Shown one piece after another: positions 48,034 to 57,636 of a stretch of DNA of 64,000 bases. How positions within the stretch are numbered: the stretch's first letter is position 1; the number at the start of each line of letters is the position of its first letter. Location: NCBI GenBank assembly GCA_038109055.1, contig JAYNIM010000001.1, positions 363,365-427,364 on the forward strand, read 5' to 3'. The position numbers were made by a program, and so were the translations under genes. Below the pieces are notes generated by a model. It was given only the letters and a program-made list of their open reading frames with translations, was not told the origin of the DNA and made no database searches. The stretch is from a bacterium. GTDB lineage: Bacteria > Margulisbacteria > Marinamargulisbacteria > GCA-2716485 > JAYNIM01.

Positions 48034-49008
48034 TTAAATCGATGACAGGTATTTTTCTTCCACTAAAAAATTTTGCACGTAGTCTTTAACGCCGTCTTCT
48101 AAACTCTCAAATTTCTCTTTATATCCAGCATTTCTCAATTTGCTCATGCTGGCTTGTGTGAAATATTGATAATGAGATTTCAGTTCGGCAGGCATCTCTA
48201 TGTATTCTATATTTTCTTCTATATTCATTGCCTTAAACACCGCGCCTGTTAATTCCCGCCATGTTTTTGCTTGTCCCGTCCCTAAATTAAATAACCCGTT
48301 ACTTTTTGGATTTTCTAAAAACCAATTCATCACCGATATACAATCTTTCACATAAATAAAATCACGCCTTTGACAGCCATCTTGGTAGTCTGGGTGGTAG
48401 GATTTAAATAACTTGACCTGACCTGTTTCTTTTATTTCTTTAACTGCTTTACTTACAACACTTTGCATACTACCTTTATGGACTTCGTTCGGACCATAAA
48501 CGTTAAAAAATTTTAGCCCAACTACCGAATCGCTCAGTTTTTGTTCTTTAACCCATACATCGAACAAATGTTTGGAATATCCGTAGCGATTAATGGGTTC
48601 TAACTTATCAATTGATTTTTGATCATCAAACGAGTTAGATCCATCTCCGTAGGTCGCTGCTGAACTTGCGTAAATAAATCTAGCACATTTTTCTCTGGCC
48701 CAAGAAAGAAGTGATTTAGAATAATTGAGATTGTTCTCTACCAGAAAATCCATATCTAACTCCGTTGTAGCTGAACAGGCGCCTAGATGTATCACCGCCT
48801 CTATGTTCCCTTTTACCTTATCCTCTTTAATCAGTTGTAAAAACTCTGTTTTATGACGATATTCCCGCCATTTTAGTGATCTAAGATTTAGCCATTTTTT
48901 TGATGTTCCTAAGCGATCTACTATCATAATGTCTTGATAGCCCAATTGGTTCAACTTCCAAACCATGGCACTTCCGATAAATCCTGCTCCGCCTGTGATA
49001 ATTATCAT
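48034..49008 (-). CDS. rfaD: ADP-L-glycero-D-manno-heptose 6-epimerase
   Basis: TGGAGFIGS, HLGACSATT, YASSAATYG, YGYSK, FNVYGPNE.HKG.M.S, YQYFTQA. Confidence 0.95.
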   Translation of the reverse strand: MIIITGGAGFIGSAMVWKLNQLGYQDIMIVDRLGTSKKWLNLRSLKWREYRHKTEFLQLIKEDKVKGNIEAVIHLGACSATTELDMDFLVENNLNYSKSLLSWAREKCARFIYASSAATYGDGSNSFDDQKSIDKLEPINRYGYSKHLFDVWVKEQKLSDSVVGLKFFNVYGPNEVHKGSMQSVVSKAVKEIKETGQVKLFKSYHPDYQDGCQRRDFIYVKDCISVMNWFLENPKSNGLFNLGTGQAKTWRELTGAVFKAMNIEENIEYIEMPAELKSHYQYFTQASMSKLRNAGYKEKFESLEDGVKDYVQNFLVEEKYLSSI

Positions 49009-49109
49009 GCCACAATACTACTCAAAATCTTCTCGTATTTAAAGTTTTTTTTCTTCTCTAAATACCAAGATCGTTTTTATTTGTATTTTCTTGTATGATA
49101 ATTATAATC

Positions 49110-50087
49110 ATGAAAAAAATTTTGGTCTGTGGAGCAGGTGGATTTATTGGTAGCCATTTGGTTACTGCTCTTAAAAAACAAGGTTATTGGGTACGTGGTA
49201 TTGATTTAAAACATCCTGAATTTGAATCTAGTACTGCTGATGATTTTATTATTGGAGATTTGCGCCGTTTTTCTGTTTGTAAAAATGCTCTTTACCTGTC
49301 TCAATCTGAACCTGTTGATGAAATCTATCAGTTAGCTGCCGATATGGGAGGTGCTGGCTTTGTTTTTAGTGGTGAAAATGATGCAGATTTAATGCATAAT
49401 TCGGCCTTAATTAATTTACATATTGCAGACCTTGCTGCTAAAGCACAGATAAAAAAATTATTTTACAGTAGCAGTGCCTGTATGTACCCCGAGTATAATC
49501 AACTAGATCCTGATAACCCACAATGTCATGAAGACTCTGCCTATCCAGCTCAGCCTGATAGTGAATATGGTTGGGAGAAACTTTTTTCTGAGCGTCTCTA
49601 TATGGCCTTCAATCGTAACCATGACCTGTCTATTCGTATCGCTCGTTTTCATAATATTTATGGTCCCTTAGGTGCTTGGGATGGGGGGAGAGAGAAAGCC
49701 CCCGCCGCTATTTGTCGTAAAGTAGCCATGGCGGATAGCCCCGGCTCTATTGAGGTTTGGGGAGATGGTAAGCAAACGCGTAGTTTCTTGTACATAGATG
49801 CGTGTATAGAGGGTATGTTAAAACTAATGGATAGTGATTGTCAGGTTCCTGTTAATATTGGTTCTGATGAGATGGTCACTATTAACCAGTTGGTTGATGT
49901 TGTAGCGCATATCGCAAAAAAAGATATTTCTAAGCATTATATTCCTGGTCCGCTTGGAGTTCGGGGTCGTAACAGTGATAATACTTTTATTAAAGAGCGC
50001 TTAGGTTGGGCACCTAACTACGCCCTTGAGAAGGGATTAAGTCAGACATATCGGTGGATTCATCAACAAGTTTCACTTAAAAAATAA
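49110..50087 (+). CDS. GDP-mannose 3,5-epimerase-like SDR
   Basis: GAGGFIG, LAADMGG.GF, SSSAC.YPE, YGWEKL, RFHNIYGP, GGREKAPAA.CRK, GVRGRNSDN. Confidence 0.88.
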   Translation: MKKILVCGAGGFIGSHLVTALKKQGYWVRGIDLKHPEFESSTADDFIIGDLRRFSVCKNALYLSQSEPVDEIYQLAADMGGAGFVFSGENDADLMHNSALINLHIADLAAKAQIKKLFYSSSACMYPEYNQLDPDNPQCHEDSAYPAQPDSEYGWEKLFSERLYMAFNRNHDLSIRIARFHNIYGPLGAWDGGREKAPAAICRKVAMADSPGSIEVWGDGKQTRSFLYIDACIEGMLKLMDSDCQVPVNIGSDEMVTINQLVDVVAHIAKKDISKHYIPGPLGVRGRNSDNTFIKERLGWAPNYALEKGLSQTYRWIHQQVSLKK

Positions 50088-50098
50088 CGTATACTAAG

Positions 50099-50986
50099 TT
50101 AGTCGGTTTTGTTTATTAACGTTTCCTTTAACCCTTTGTGCGTAGTATATGGTAATACGGTATTAAATTCATTTTCGAATTTTTGATTGTTTAAGGTATA
50201 TGTTTGAAAGAGTCTTTGCACTAAATAGCCTGCACGTTTTGAATATCTTGCTAGTAATTTTCTTACTATTTTTGGAAAGGGAAACACTATTGCCTCCTTT
50301 TTACCATATATTTTTACACAAGCTTGATAAAGCTCTTTGCTCGATAATGTTGTTGGGTCACTAATGTTGTATATCCCCTCTTTTAAATGTTTCTGTCCAA
50401 GTATTATTTCTACTGCTGCACAAAAATTCTTCACATATAGAAAACTTCTTTTCTGTGTCGCTGCTTTTAATGGTAATGGCCACCCTTTCTTGGCATAGTG
50501 GTCTAAACGCCGCATGTTTCCCTTTTGCCCCATCCCATACACCAGGGGTAATCGAAGAATGACCAATGTTTTGTCTTTTTCTTTTTGAAATAATCTTGTT
50601 AAGGCCTGTTCTGCTTGATATTTTGATTTCGCGTACGCACCTATAGGATGGCATGCACTCTTTTCGCTGTAATGCCCTTCTGCCTCCCCGTATACTTTTA
50701 TCGTACTAATAAAAATAAAGGTCTGAATACCTGCTTGTATTGCTTTTTTGGCAAGATTTATACTTGTGTCTACATTATCTCGAAAATACTCTTTTTCTTC
50801 TGCATTATGTTCGTGCACCCTGCCCCCTAAGTGAATGACGGCCTCTGCTTTTGGAAGTTTAATTTCTTTTCCACTACGACAACTAATTGGACATAGCTCG
50901 TATTTCTTTTTTGTTTTAAAGAATGTCAAGGTATTTCTTCCTATAAACCCTCGACTTCCTGTTAAAATTACCTTAATTTTTTTCAT
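50099..50986 (-). CDS. NAD-dependent epimerase/reductase (WbpV-like)
   Basis: TGSRGFIG, FISTIKVYG, YAKSK, LRLPLVYG...KGN. Start likely ATG 50986. Confidence 0.85.
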   Translation of the reverse strand: MKKIKVILTGSRGFIGRNTLTFFKTKKKYELCPISCRSGKEIKLPKAEAVIHLGGRVHEHNAEEKEYFRDNVDTSINLAKKAIQAGIQTFIFISTIKVYGEAEGHYSEKSACHPIGAYAKSKYQAEQALTRLFQKEKDKTLVILRLPLVYGMGQKGNMRRLDHYAKKGWPLPLKAATQKRSFLYVKNFCAAVEIILGQKHLKEGIYNISDPTTLSSKELYQACVKIYGKKEAIVFPFPKIVRKLLARYSKRAGYLVQRLFQTYTLNNQKFENEFNTVLPYTTHKGLKETLINKTD

Positions 50987-52196
50987 GAATTTCTTCACAC
51001 ATTCTCTTAAGTAGTTTTTTTGGATCAAAATGTTTCAATGCGTAGGCTTTATTCTGCTTACACACCTTTTGATACAAAGCATGATCATTTGAAAGCTTAA
51101 TTATTTCTTGCGTTAAGGTCTGACTTTGCCCATGTTCAACCAAAATATTTCCTGGGCAATGGTTTAAATGTTCTGCAATAAAGCTTTCTCTGGGTCCAAT
51201 ATAGATAATCGGTCTTTCACTTAGCATTGCCCCATAAATTTTATTAGGATGTGTAAACCCAATAGTTGCTTCCCCCATTACAACTACCTGATAATCCGCT
51301 GAAGCTAAGGATATGTGCACGTTTTCTCTTTTTTGAAAAGGAAGCATCTTTATATTTTGACAGTTTTTTTGACACTTCCTTACTTTTTCTTTTTGTGTTC
51401 CTGCCCCTATAAAAACAAATAAATATGGATTATCCTTCAACTCTTGAGCACTTTCTAAAAGAGTATCTAAGGGGTGACAGTAGGCCAAATTACCCGCATA
51501 CATAATAACAATTTTATCTTGAAAATTATTCTCGATTCTAAAGGGATTCTCGTCCCTTTTGACGGATACTTTGTGTGTATTAATGGGCCAAACAGGCACA
51601 ACTGATATTTTATTTACGTCAATTTTTCGTGACTGTAAATGTGCTTGCATGTCCTTATCCAAACAAATCAAATGATCTGCATGCTCAAGCATATACTGTG
51701 AGCTTTTCTGCAAACAAGTCCTCAATAAACTGTCTTTTTTAAATAATCCAGACACGATACTCAGCTCTGGCTGAATATCCATGACCCAATAAACCATTCT
51801 TTTTTTGTAAAGCTTACTTATAAACGCTGCCAATGCAGGAAGTAAAGGAGGAACACTGACAACGATAATTTTACTGTATTCTTTTTTGTCTATTTTTAGT
51901 ATGCGCCAGAGCAACATTAATTTAAATGATAAAAAGTTTAATATACGTCCAAATACCCATGCTTTTTTGAACTTTAAATGTGTCACACGTACAATTCTTA
52001 TTCCGTGATAGTTCTCAGATTTCTTGTATTGTTCACGGCTATCTTCATATGCTTTGCTGCTTGTTATCACCGTAACGGACCCGTATTTTTTTTGTAACTC
52101 TATCGCTAGGTCTGTAAGATGTTGGGAGACTGAACTCGTATCAGGCCAAAAAACTTGTGATAAAATTAAGTAGTTGTTTTTTGTTGTATTTGACAT
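50973..52196 (-). CDS. GT4 glycosyltransferase (WbuB-like)
   Basis: SQ.FWPD, D..PE, YAGNL...H, P.K.Y..M...RPI. Confidence 0.88.
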   Translation of the reverse strand: MSNTTKNNYLILSQVFWPDTSSVSQHLTDLAIELQKKYGSVTVITSSKAYEDSREQYKKSENYHGIRIVRVTHLKFKKAWVFGRILNFLSFKLMLLWRILKIDKKEYSKIIVVSVPPLLPALAAFISKLYKKRMVYWVMDIQPELSIVSGLFKKDSLLRTCLQKSSQYMLEHADHLICLDKDMQAHLQSRKIDVNKISVVPVWPINTHKVSVKRDENPFRIENNFQDKIVIMYAGNLAYCHPLDTLLESAQELKDNPYLFVFIGAGTQKEKVRKCQKNCQNIKMLPFQKRENVHISLASADYQVVVMGEATIGFTHPNKIYGAMLSERPIIYIGPRESFIAEHLNHCPGNILVEHGQSQTLTQEIIKLSNDHALYQKVCKQNKAYALKHFDPKKLLKRMCEEIHEKN

Positions 52197-53206
52197 TTTT
52201 TAAATATAAAGTGTATCCATATATATTTACATAGGTTTAATAGTATCACTACAAGCAAGATACTTAATCGTATTTCTTTACTTGACTTAAAATAAAACAT
52301 TGCAGCGATTCCATGGCAAAGTGTCAATAGATAACCTACATATAAGACATGTTTTTGACTGCCTAAAATGACAAATAATTTTTGAAAGAAATGCTCCCTA
52401 TGCCCTTCCCAAATTTTCTTTTTATTAAACAACCTTATACCTAGTGTAAATGTACAGTCCAGTATAATGGTTGCGAATAAAATCATAGGAATGACTAAAG
52501 ATAATTGTTGGTTCATGTCACATTGAATCGCCATTAAGGCAATAAAACATCCCAAAAAGCAACTCCCAACATCCCCCATAAATATCTTTGCTTTAGGATA
52601 ATTCCATAGCATAAACCCCATTAACGTTGCTACTAATAATGTACATAGAAAAAATCCTGAAAACTGATCTGCAATAAGAAAAAAAATGCTAAGAAAACCG
52701 AGCCCAATAATCGTTATCCCACCCAAATATCCATCTAGTCCATCTATAAAGTTAAAAAAATTGCATAGCGAGATAATAAAAAGAGAGGTACTCACGATTG
52801 ATATAATATTAAAATCAAGTGTCAGAAAGGGGAGTTCGATTATTGTCACTCTAAATCCCCAAAAAAAGGCTGACAGGGCTACTAGAGCTTGTATAAACAG
52901 TCGTTTTATTGCACTTAATTCTTTAAAGTCATCCCAAAGACCTAATAACGCAATAGGGAAACACAAAGACATTATTTTTAAAAAAATCAACTCATCTTTG
53001 AAATAAAACTGCCAACATACTATGGTCATAAAATAAAAGACGAGAATAAACCCTAGACCGCCAATTGCAGGTGTTGGTTTTTTATGCGCACTTCGCTCAT
53101 TTGGTAGTGATAAAATACTCTTTTTGTGGCATATATTAATGAGCATATATATTGCTATCACTGATAACAAAAACGTGATACTCAATAGTAAGAGCGTTAC
53201 TGGCAT
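52166..53206 (-). CDS. WecA/WbpL-type undecaprenyl-phosphate HexNAc-1-P transferase (MraY-like)
   Basis: RSAH..PTP..GG, GLWDD, NFFNFIDGLDG, IFMGDVGS, HREH. Confidence 0.9.
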   Translation of the reverse strand: MPVTLLLLSITFLLSVIAIYMLINICHKKSILSLPNERSAHKKPTPAIGGLGFILVFYFMTIVCWQFYFKDELIFLKIMSLCFPIALLGLWDDFKELSAIKRLFIQALVALSAFFWGFRVTIIELPFLTLDFNIISIVSTSLFIISLCNFFNFIDGLDGYLGGITIIGLGFLSIFFLIADQFSGFFLCTLLVATLMGFMLWNYPKAKIFMGDVGSCFLGCFIALMAIQCDMNQQLSLVIPMILFATIILDCTFTLGIRLFNKKKIWEGHREHFFQKLFVILGSQKHVLYVGYLLTLCHGIAAMFYFKSSKEIRLSILLVVILLNLCKYIWIHFIFKKCQIQQKTTT

Positions 53207-53255
53207 GGCCGTATTATATCGTTAATAGCTTAATTTCTGAATATAGATCCTTCGA

Positions 53256-54266
53256 TCATCTTATCTTAATGTATTTCCCTTTTTGCTGCAGTGACTGATC
53301 ACATGCTTCAAGAAATCGTAATACTTTGAGCCCTAAGTGATGATTATTAAACGGTTGTTTTTGCTGATCTATGCAATTTAAAAAATGCATGATTTGTTTT
53401 TTTAATGGTTCGTGTTTATCTAAATTTGGATAGCTAACTTTCCCATGGTGATAACTAATCGTTGATGTTGCTCCATTGTCCTCACAATGTACTTGTGAAT
53501 CAAAGTAATGGATAGGATGTTTTTGATCTAATTCGTTCCAATGGATCATTTTCTTATCACTAACAATGACATTTTCCCTTACTTTGATTGGTGAAACCCA
53601 GTTTAAGGAAATGCTTGCTTTAATATTACCTTTATACTGAATGTCTATAGATGCTCGTTGCGCAAAATCTTGCTTTAGTTTTACAGGCACACAATACTGA
53701 CTATGAACCGCTAATGTTTCTGCTTCACACGAAATTAATGCCATTAAGGATGCAAAATCATGCACAGCCAAATCCCATATGACATTGCAATCTGGTTGAA
53801 TTCGACCTAAGTTTGCTCTTTTAGCATCTAGATAATATAAGGTTCCAAATTCTTTGTGATTGATGATCGTTTGAATTGCTTCGAAGGCTGGACTGTATAA
53901 TTGAGGATGATCAATCATGACCGTACAGCCATTTTTTTCAGCTAATGTAATTAGATCCTGGGCTTCTTTGCTTGTTTGTGTAAACGGTTTTTCGATAAAA
54001 ACATGTTTTTTTGATTGAAGGGCTTTTTTTGCAAGTGCATAATGACTCTTTAACGGTGTACAAATCGCAATGATGTCATACGCTGACGAGTGAATTAATT
54101 CATCGCTATCTTCACTAAGCTGAATGTCTGGGTACAGATTTTTTGCCCAGAGCAAACGCTCTTTGTTGTGATCACAGACACCTACAGCACCTTGGCCTAA
54201 AACCTCTACAAAATTTCGTAAAACATTTGGGCCCCAATACCCAATCCCTATTACGCCAACTCTCAT
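53256..54266 (-). CDS. Gfo/Idh/MocA oxidoreductase (nucleotide-sugar pathway)
   Basis: GIGYWGPN..RNF, HVFIEKP, WDLAVHD. Confidence 0.88.
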   Translation of the reverse strand: MRVGVIGIGYWGPNVLRNFVEVLGQGAVGVCDHNKERLLWAKNLYPDIQLSEDSDELIHSSAYDIIAICTPLKSHYALAKKALQSKKHVFIEKPFTQTSKEAQDLITLAEKNGCTVMIDHPQLYSPAFEAIQTIINHKEFGTLYYLDAKRANLGRIQPDCNVIWDLAVHDFASLMALISCEAETLAVHSQYCVPVKLKQDFAQRASIDIQYKGNIKASISLNWVSPIKVRENVIVSDKKMIHWNELDQKHPIHYFDSQVHCEDNGATSTISYHHGKVSYPNLDKHEPLKKQIMHFLNCIDQQKQPFNNHHLGLKVLRFLEACDQSLQQKGKYIKIR

Positions 54267-54354
54267 GTGTATTATATAACGTGATATTTATGTATATCGC
54301 AAGTACTGATTTTGTTGTTTATGTTGTACACATGATTGTGTAAACTAAGACATA

Positions 54355-55491
54355 ATGACAAAAAAATGTGTGATTGCCTTTGGAACTCGCCCCGAAGCGA
54401 TTAAATTATTATCTCTGATGGTTGCTTTAAAACAAGATCATGCTCATTTTTCTACGCATCTGTGTTTTACCGGCCAGCACCCTGATTTAGTACAGGACAT
54501 TTTGTCAGAATTTGATTTACAGATTGATACTCACTTGACATGTTCAAACCATGACGGTCAACTGCACACGTTAGGCAGTCAGTTACTTTTGCATTTTGGT
54601 AATTTTTTAAGTAGCAATTCCTTTGATTTGCTTATTGTTCAAGGTGATACCAGCACAAGCTATATGACAGCTTTAGCTGCCTTTTATCAACACATCCCCA
54701 TTGCACATATCGAGGCTGGCCTGCGGTCTGGAGATCTTGCCGCTCCTTGGCCTGAAGAAGGTCATCGTAAATCCTTGGCCAGCTTATGCCACTCTCATTT
54801 TGCGGCGACTAAATTGGCCCAAAATAATTTGCTTCGTGAGGGTATTGATCCTTCCATGATTTGGATTACAGGAAATACGGTTGTTGATGCCCTGCATTTG
54901 GCCTTAGATACTTTGGATAAAGCCCCTCACCTTATTGATCACCTTTACACTGAACTCTCTCATTCTGGTTTACCAAACATTGAACAAACCCCTTTTCTAT
55001 TGGTTACCTGCCATCGACGTGAAAACTGGGGTAAAAATCTTGACTCGCTGCTAGCTGCTATTCGACAGATTCTTTCCCTATACCCTCGGCATTACATTAT
55101 TTGGCCCCTTCACCCAAACCCTCACTTACAAACTCGAATCAAACATCAACTGGGTGGTCTTTCTCGTGTTTTATTAATTCCTGCTCAATCATACTTAAGC
55201 TTTGTCTATTTAATGCGACATGCCGTCTTGATTATTAGTGATAGTGGCGGGATTCAAGAAGAAGCGCCTACATTAAAAACACCTGTTTTACTATTACGGA
55301 CCAATACGGAGCGACCGGAGTGCTTGGAGAGCCATTTGGTAACCTTGGTGGGTTCTGATACCGCTAAATTGGTTTCTTCTGTTAAAGATGTATTAGAGTC
55401 TCCTAGAGATTTTTCTACTATTGTAAATCCTTTTGGAGATGGACAAGCTTATAAGCGACTATTGAAAACATTATATATACTGTATGACTAG
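54355..55491 (+). CDS. wecB: UDP-GlcNAc 2-epimerase (non-hydrolysing)
   Basis: FGTRPEAIK, TGQH, VQGDT, HIEAGLRS, PWPEE, T.HRREN, SDSGGIQEEAP, NPFGDG. Confidence 0.95.
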   Translation: MTKKCVIAFGTRPEAIKLLSLMVALKQDHAHFSTHLCFTGQHPDLVQDILSEFDLQIDTHLTCSNHDGQLHTLGSQLLLHFGNFLSSNSFDLLIVQGDTSTSYMTALAAFYQHIPIAHIEAGLRSGDLAAPWPEEGHRKSLASLCHSHFAATKLAQNNLLREGIDPSMIWITGNTVVDALHLALDTLDKAPHLIDHLYTELSHSGLPNIEQTPFLLVTCHRRENWGKNLDSLLAAIRQILSLYPRHYIIWPLHPNPHLQTRIKHQLGGLSRVLLIPAQSYLSFVYLMRHAVLIISDSGGIQEEAPTLKTPVLLLRTNTERPECLESHLVTLVGSDTAKLVSSVKDVLESPRDFSTIVNPFGDGQAYKRLLKTLYILYD

Positions 55492-55625
55492 CGTGACCTC
55501 TTTTTCGATCAACTGATATCTTTTGTCTTTTTACTTGATTCTTATTATATATCGTGTAAGCGTATGTCATAGGCCTTTGACTGTTGCTACTTTAGCCAAA
55601 TAATAAAATGCGCTAAGATAAGTAC

Positions 55626-56351
55626 ATGAAAGAATTGCCTAGGGCTACTCTAGATGAAGAAATTGACTTGGTAGAAGTTCTAAAATTTATTTACTCTCAA
55701 AAGGGAGTGTTTGTTATTATCCTTATCCTTTCGCTTTTGGTTGGCTCTTTTATTCCTTTTTTTATTCCTAAAACCTATACCAGCAGTTGTACCTTTTTTA
55801 ATATTGGTGCTCGATCACAGCCTAGTCCTCTTTCAGCATACTCAACTCTCTTGGGAGTGGCTTCCTCTGATTCAGGTAAACTTCAAGCAATTATTGAGAG
55901 TTATCGGCTTAAATCTCTTGTTGCTACACATTTTTTAAAGGACTTTGAGAATGAATTAGATGCCTTCTATGATAATCATCAAAATAAAGATGCAGATACC
56001 ACTGAGAATAGGATTCGCTTTATTGTAGGCTCGCTTCAACTCGAAAAAAATATAACGTTAGTAAAGCAAAAAAATGATACATATCTCTTATCTTATACAT
56101 CAGAAAGTCCAGACTTGAGCTACAGGGTCCTTAATACTTACTTGACATCATTAGAAGACATCTACAGACTACTTGATTTGTCTGTACACAAAGAGATTAT
56201 TCGACTCCTAGATACCCCAACTCTTCCAAGTTCCCCATCTTCTCCAAACTCAAAAAAAATTCTTAAATTTAGTTTTATGGGTTCTTTTGTTTTGTTTGGT
56301 GTCTATCTTTTAGGAGTATATGGTATGCGTCTTGTAAAGACTAAGCTATAA
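55626..56351 (+). CDS. Wzz-like polysaccharide chain-length determinant (short)
   Basis: EEIDL.E, TM1 followed by PK.Y.S, Pro-rich LD.P..P..PSSP preceding TM2. Confidence 0.75.
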   Translation: MKELPRATLDEEIDLVEVLKFIYSQKGVFVIILILSLLVGSFIPFFIPKTYTSSCTFFNIGARSQPSPLSAYSTLLGVASSDSGKLQAIIESYRLKSLVATHFLKDFENELDAFYDNHQNKDADTTENRIRFIVGSLQLEKNITLVKQKNDTYLLSYTSESPDLSYRVLNTYLTSLEDIYRLLDLSVHKEIIRLLDTPTLPSSPSSPNSKKILKFSFMGSFVLFGVYLLGVYGMRLVKTKL

Positions 56352-56402
56352 TTTTAAGCTCTTTCGTTATTATAATCTGGTCTTTAATATATTTTTATTC
56401 CT

Positions 56403-57422
56403 TTAATTTAAACCTGAATACTCTTTTTTTGGCTCAGTGATTTTTTTGCACATCAAATTATATACCGTTCCTGCTAACATTCCAGCTGCATATGATAGAT
56501 GCATTATAAGAATTATAATCCCCGTAAATATATACTTTATATTCTTTTTTTCAATACTAATTTGCATCCCTGAGAGCGCTATTATAGTCAGATAGCTCCC
56601 TAGTATTAATTCTGGTAGAAATTGCCCAATTCTAATTATCTCAGTCATTAACCATATAAGTAGTAAACCCATAAAAAACACTAAAGGTATTACATGTCGA
56701 AACTTTAATGAAGTTAGTGATAAACGTGGCAAATAATACCCATTTTGAAACATTTGTTTGGCAACTTTTTTGCAAGAGTTTCTACATAAATAGTCTGCCT
56801 TCATTTTGTTATATAAATAAAAAGTGCCTCCTGCTTTTTGAATTTGATCGTGCATGTGATTGTCCTGGTGACGGACAAGTGTTTCATTAAAAAAACCTAC
56901 CCTGTCAAATATTTCTTTACGATATATGCCATATGCGACTGTATCTACACGTCCATCTTTGGTCTGGGTTCGAAATGGGGACCCGCCTACCCCTACCTTT
57001 GATGATAGTGCTTGCGCAATAATCTCCCCCCAAAACCCAGAGGCTTTTGTTTTTATGGCTCCGCCAACAACGCTCACATCATTTTTCTGTTCTAAGAGCT
57101 GAATTCCATACTCCACATAACCTTTGTGCAATATTGAATGTACATCAGGTCTCACTACATATGTCCCCTTTGCAGCTTTAATCCCAATATTCCAACCTGG
57201 GGCCAGATTCTTTTTTGGATTATCTAATATCACCCAAGAGTATTTTTTTTCTTTCAAATAGTTTGTCGCAACATCTTTTGTATGGTCTTCTGATAAACCA
57301 TCTATAATGATTAACTCCCATGTATTATCTTTTTCTTGGAATTGGGACTCGATAGATTTAATACAATTTAAAATCGTAAATCTTCCGTTTCTAACAACAA
57401 TGATGATGCTAATTTTCATCAA
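56403..57422 (-). CDS. GT2 glycosyltransferase (ExoA-like)
   Basis: ISIII, IIDG.SED.T, WN.GI, R.D.H, VDTVAYG, F.E.L.R.QD; C-terminal TMs. Confidence 0.88.
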   Translation of the reverse strand: MMKISIIIVVRNGRFTILNCIKSIESQFQEKDNTWELIIIDGLSEDHTKDVATNYLKEKKYSWVILDNPKKNLAPGWNIGIKAAKGTYVVRPDVHSILHKGYVEYGIQLLEQKNDVSVVGGAIKTKASGFWGEIIAQALSSKVGVGGSPFRTQTKDGRVDTVAYGIYRKEIFDRVGFFNETLVRHQDNHMHDQIQKAGGTFYLYNKMKADYLCRNSCKKVAKQMFQNGYYLPRLSLTSLKFRHVIPLVFFMGLLLIWLMTEIIRIGQFLPELILGSYLTIIALSGMQISIEKKNIKYIFTGIIILIMHLSYAAGMLAGTVYNLMCKKITEPKKEYSGLN

Positions 57423-57636
57423 TCTCTCCCATTATTTCTTTTATTGTATGTTGAATAGTTATTATGGTTTTAGCTATTATTGCTATCATATTTATATTAC
57501 ACTTTTTATATAATTTGTATTGAAACTATTAACCTCGACACATTACTATTTATATTTCTTATCTAATTTTCATTGAAGAAATACTATATCTTATTTTCTT
57601 TTCTTAGTATGCCTGTATTTTTAACACGTTTACTCT

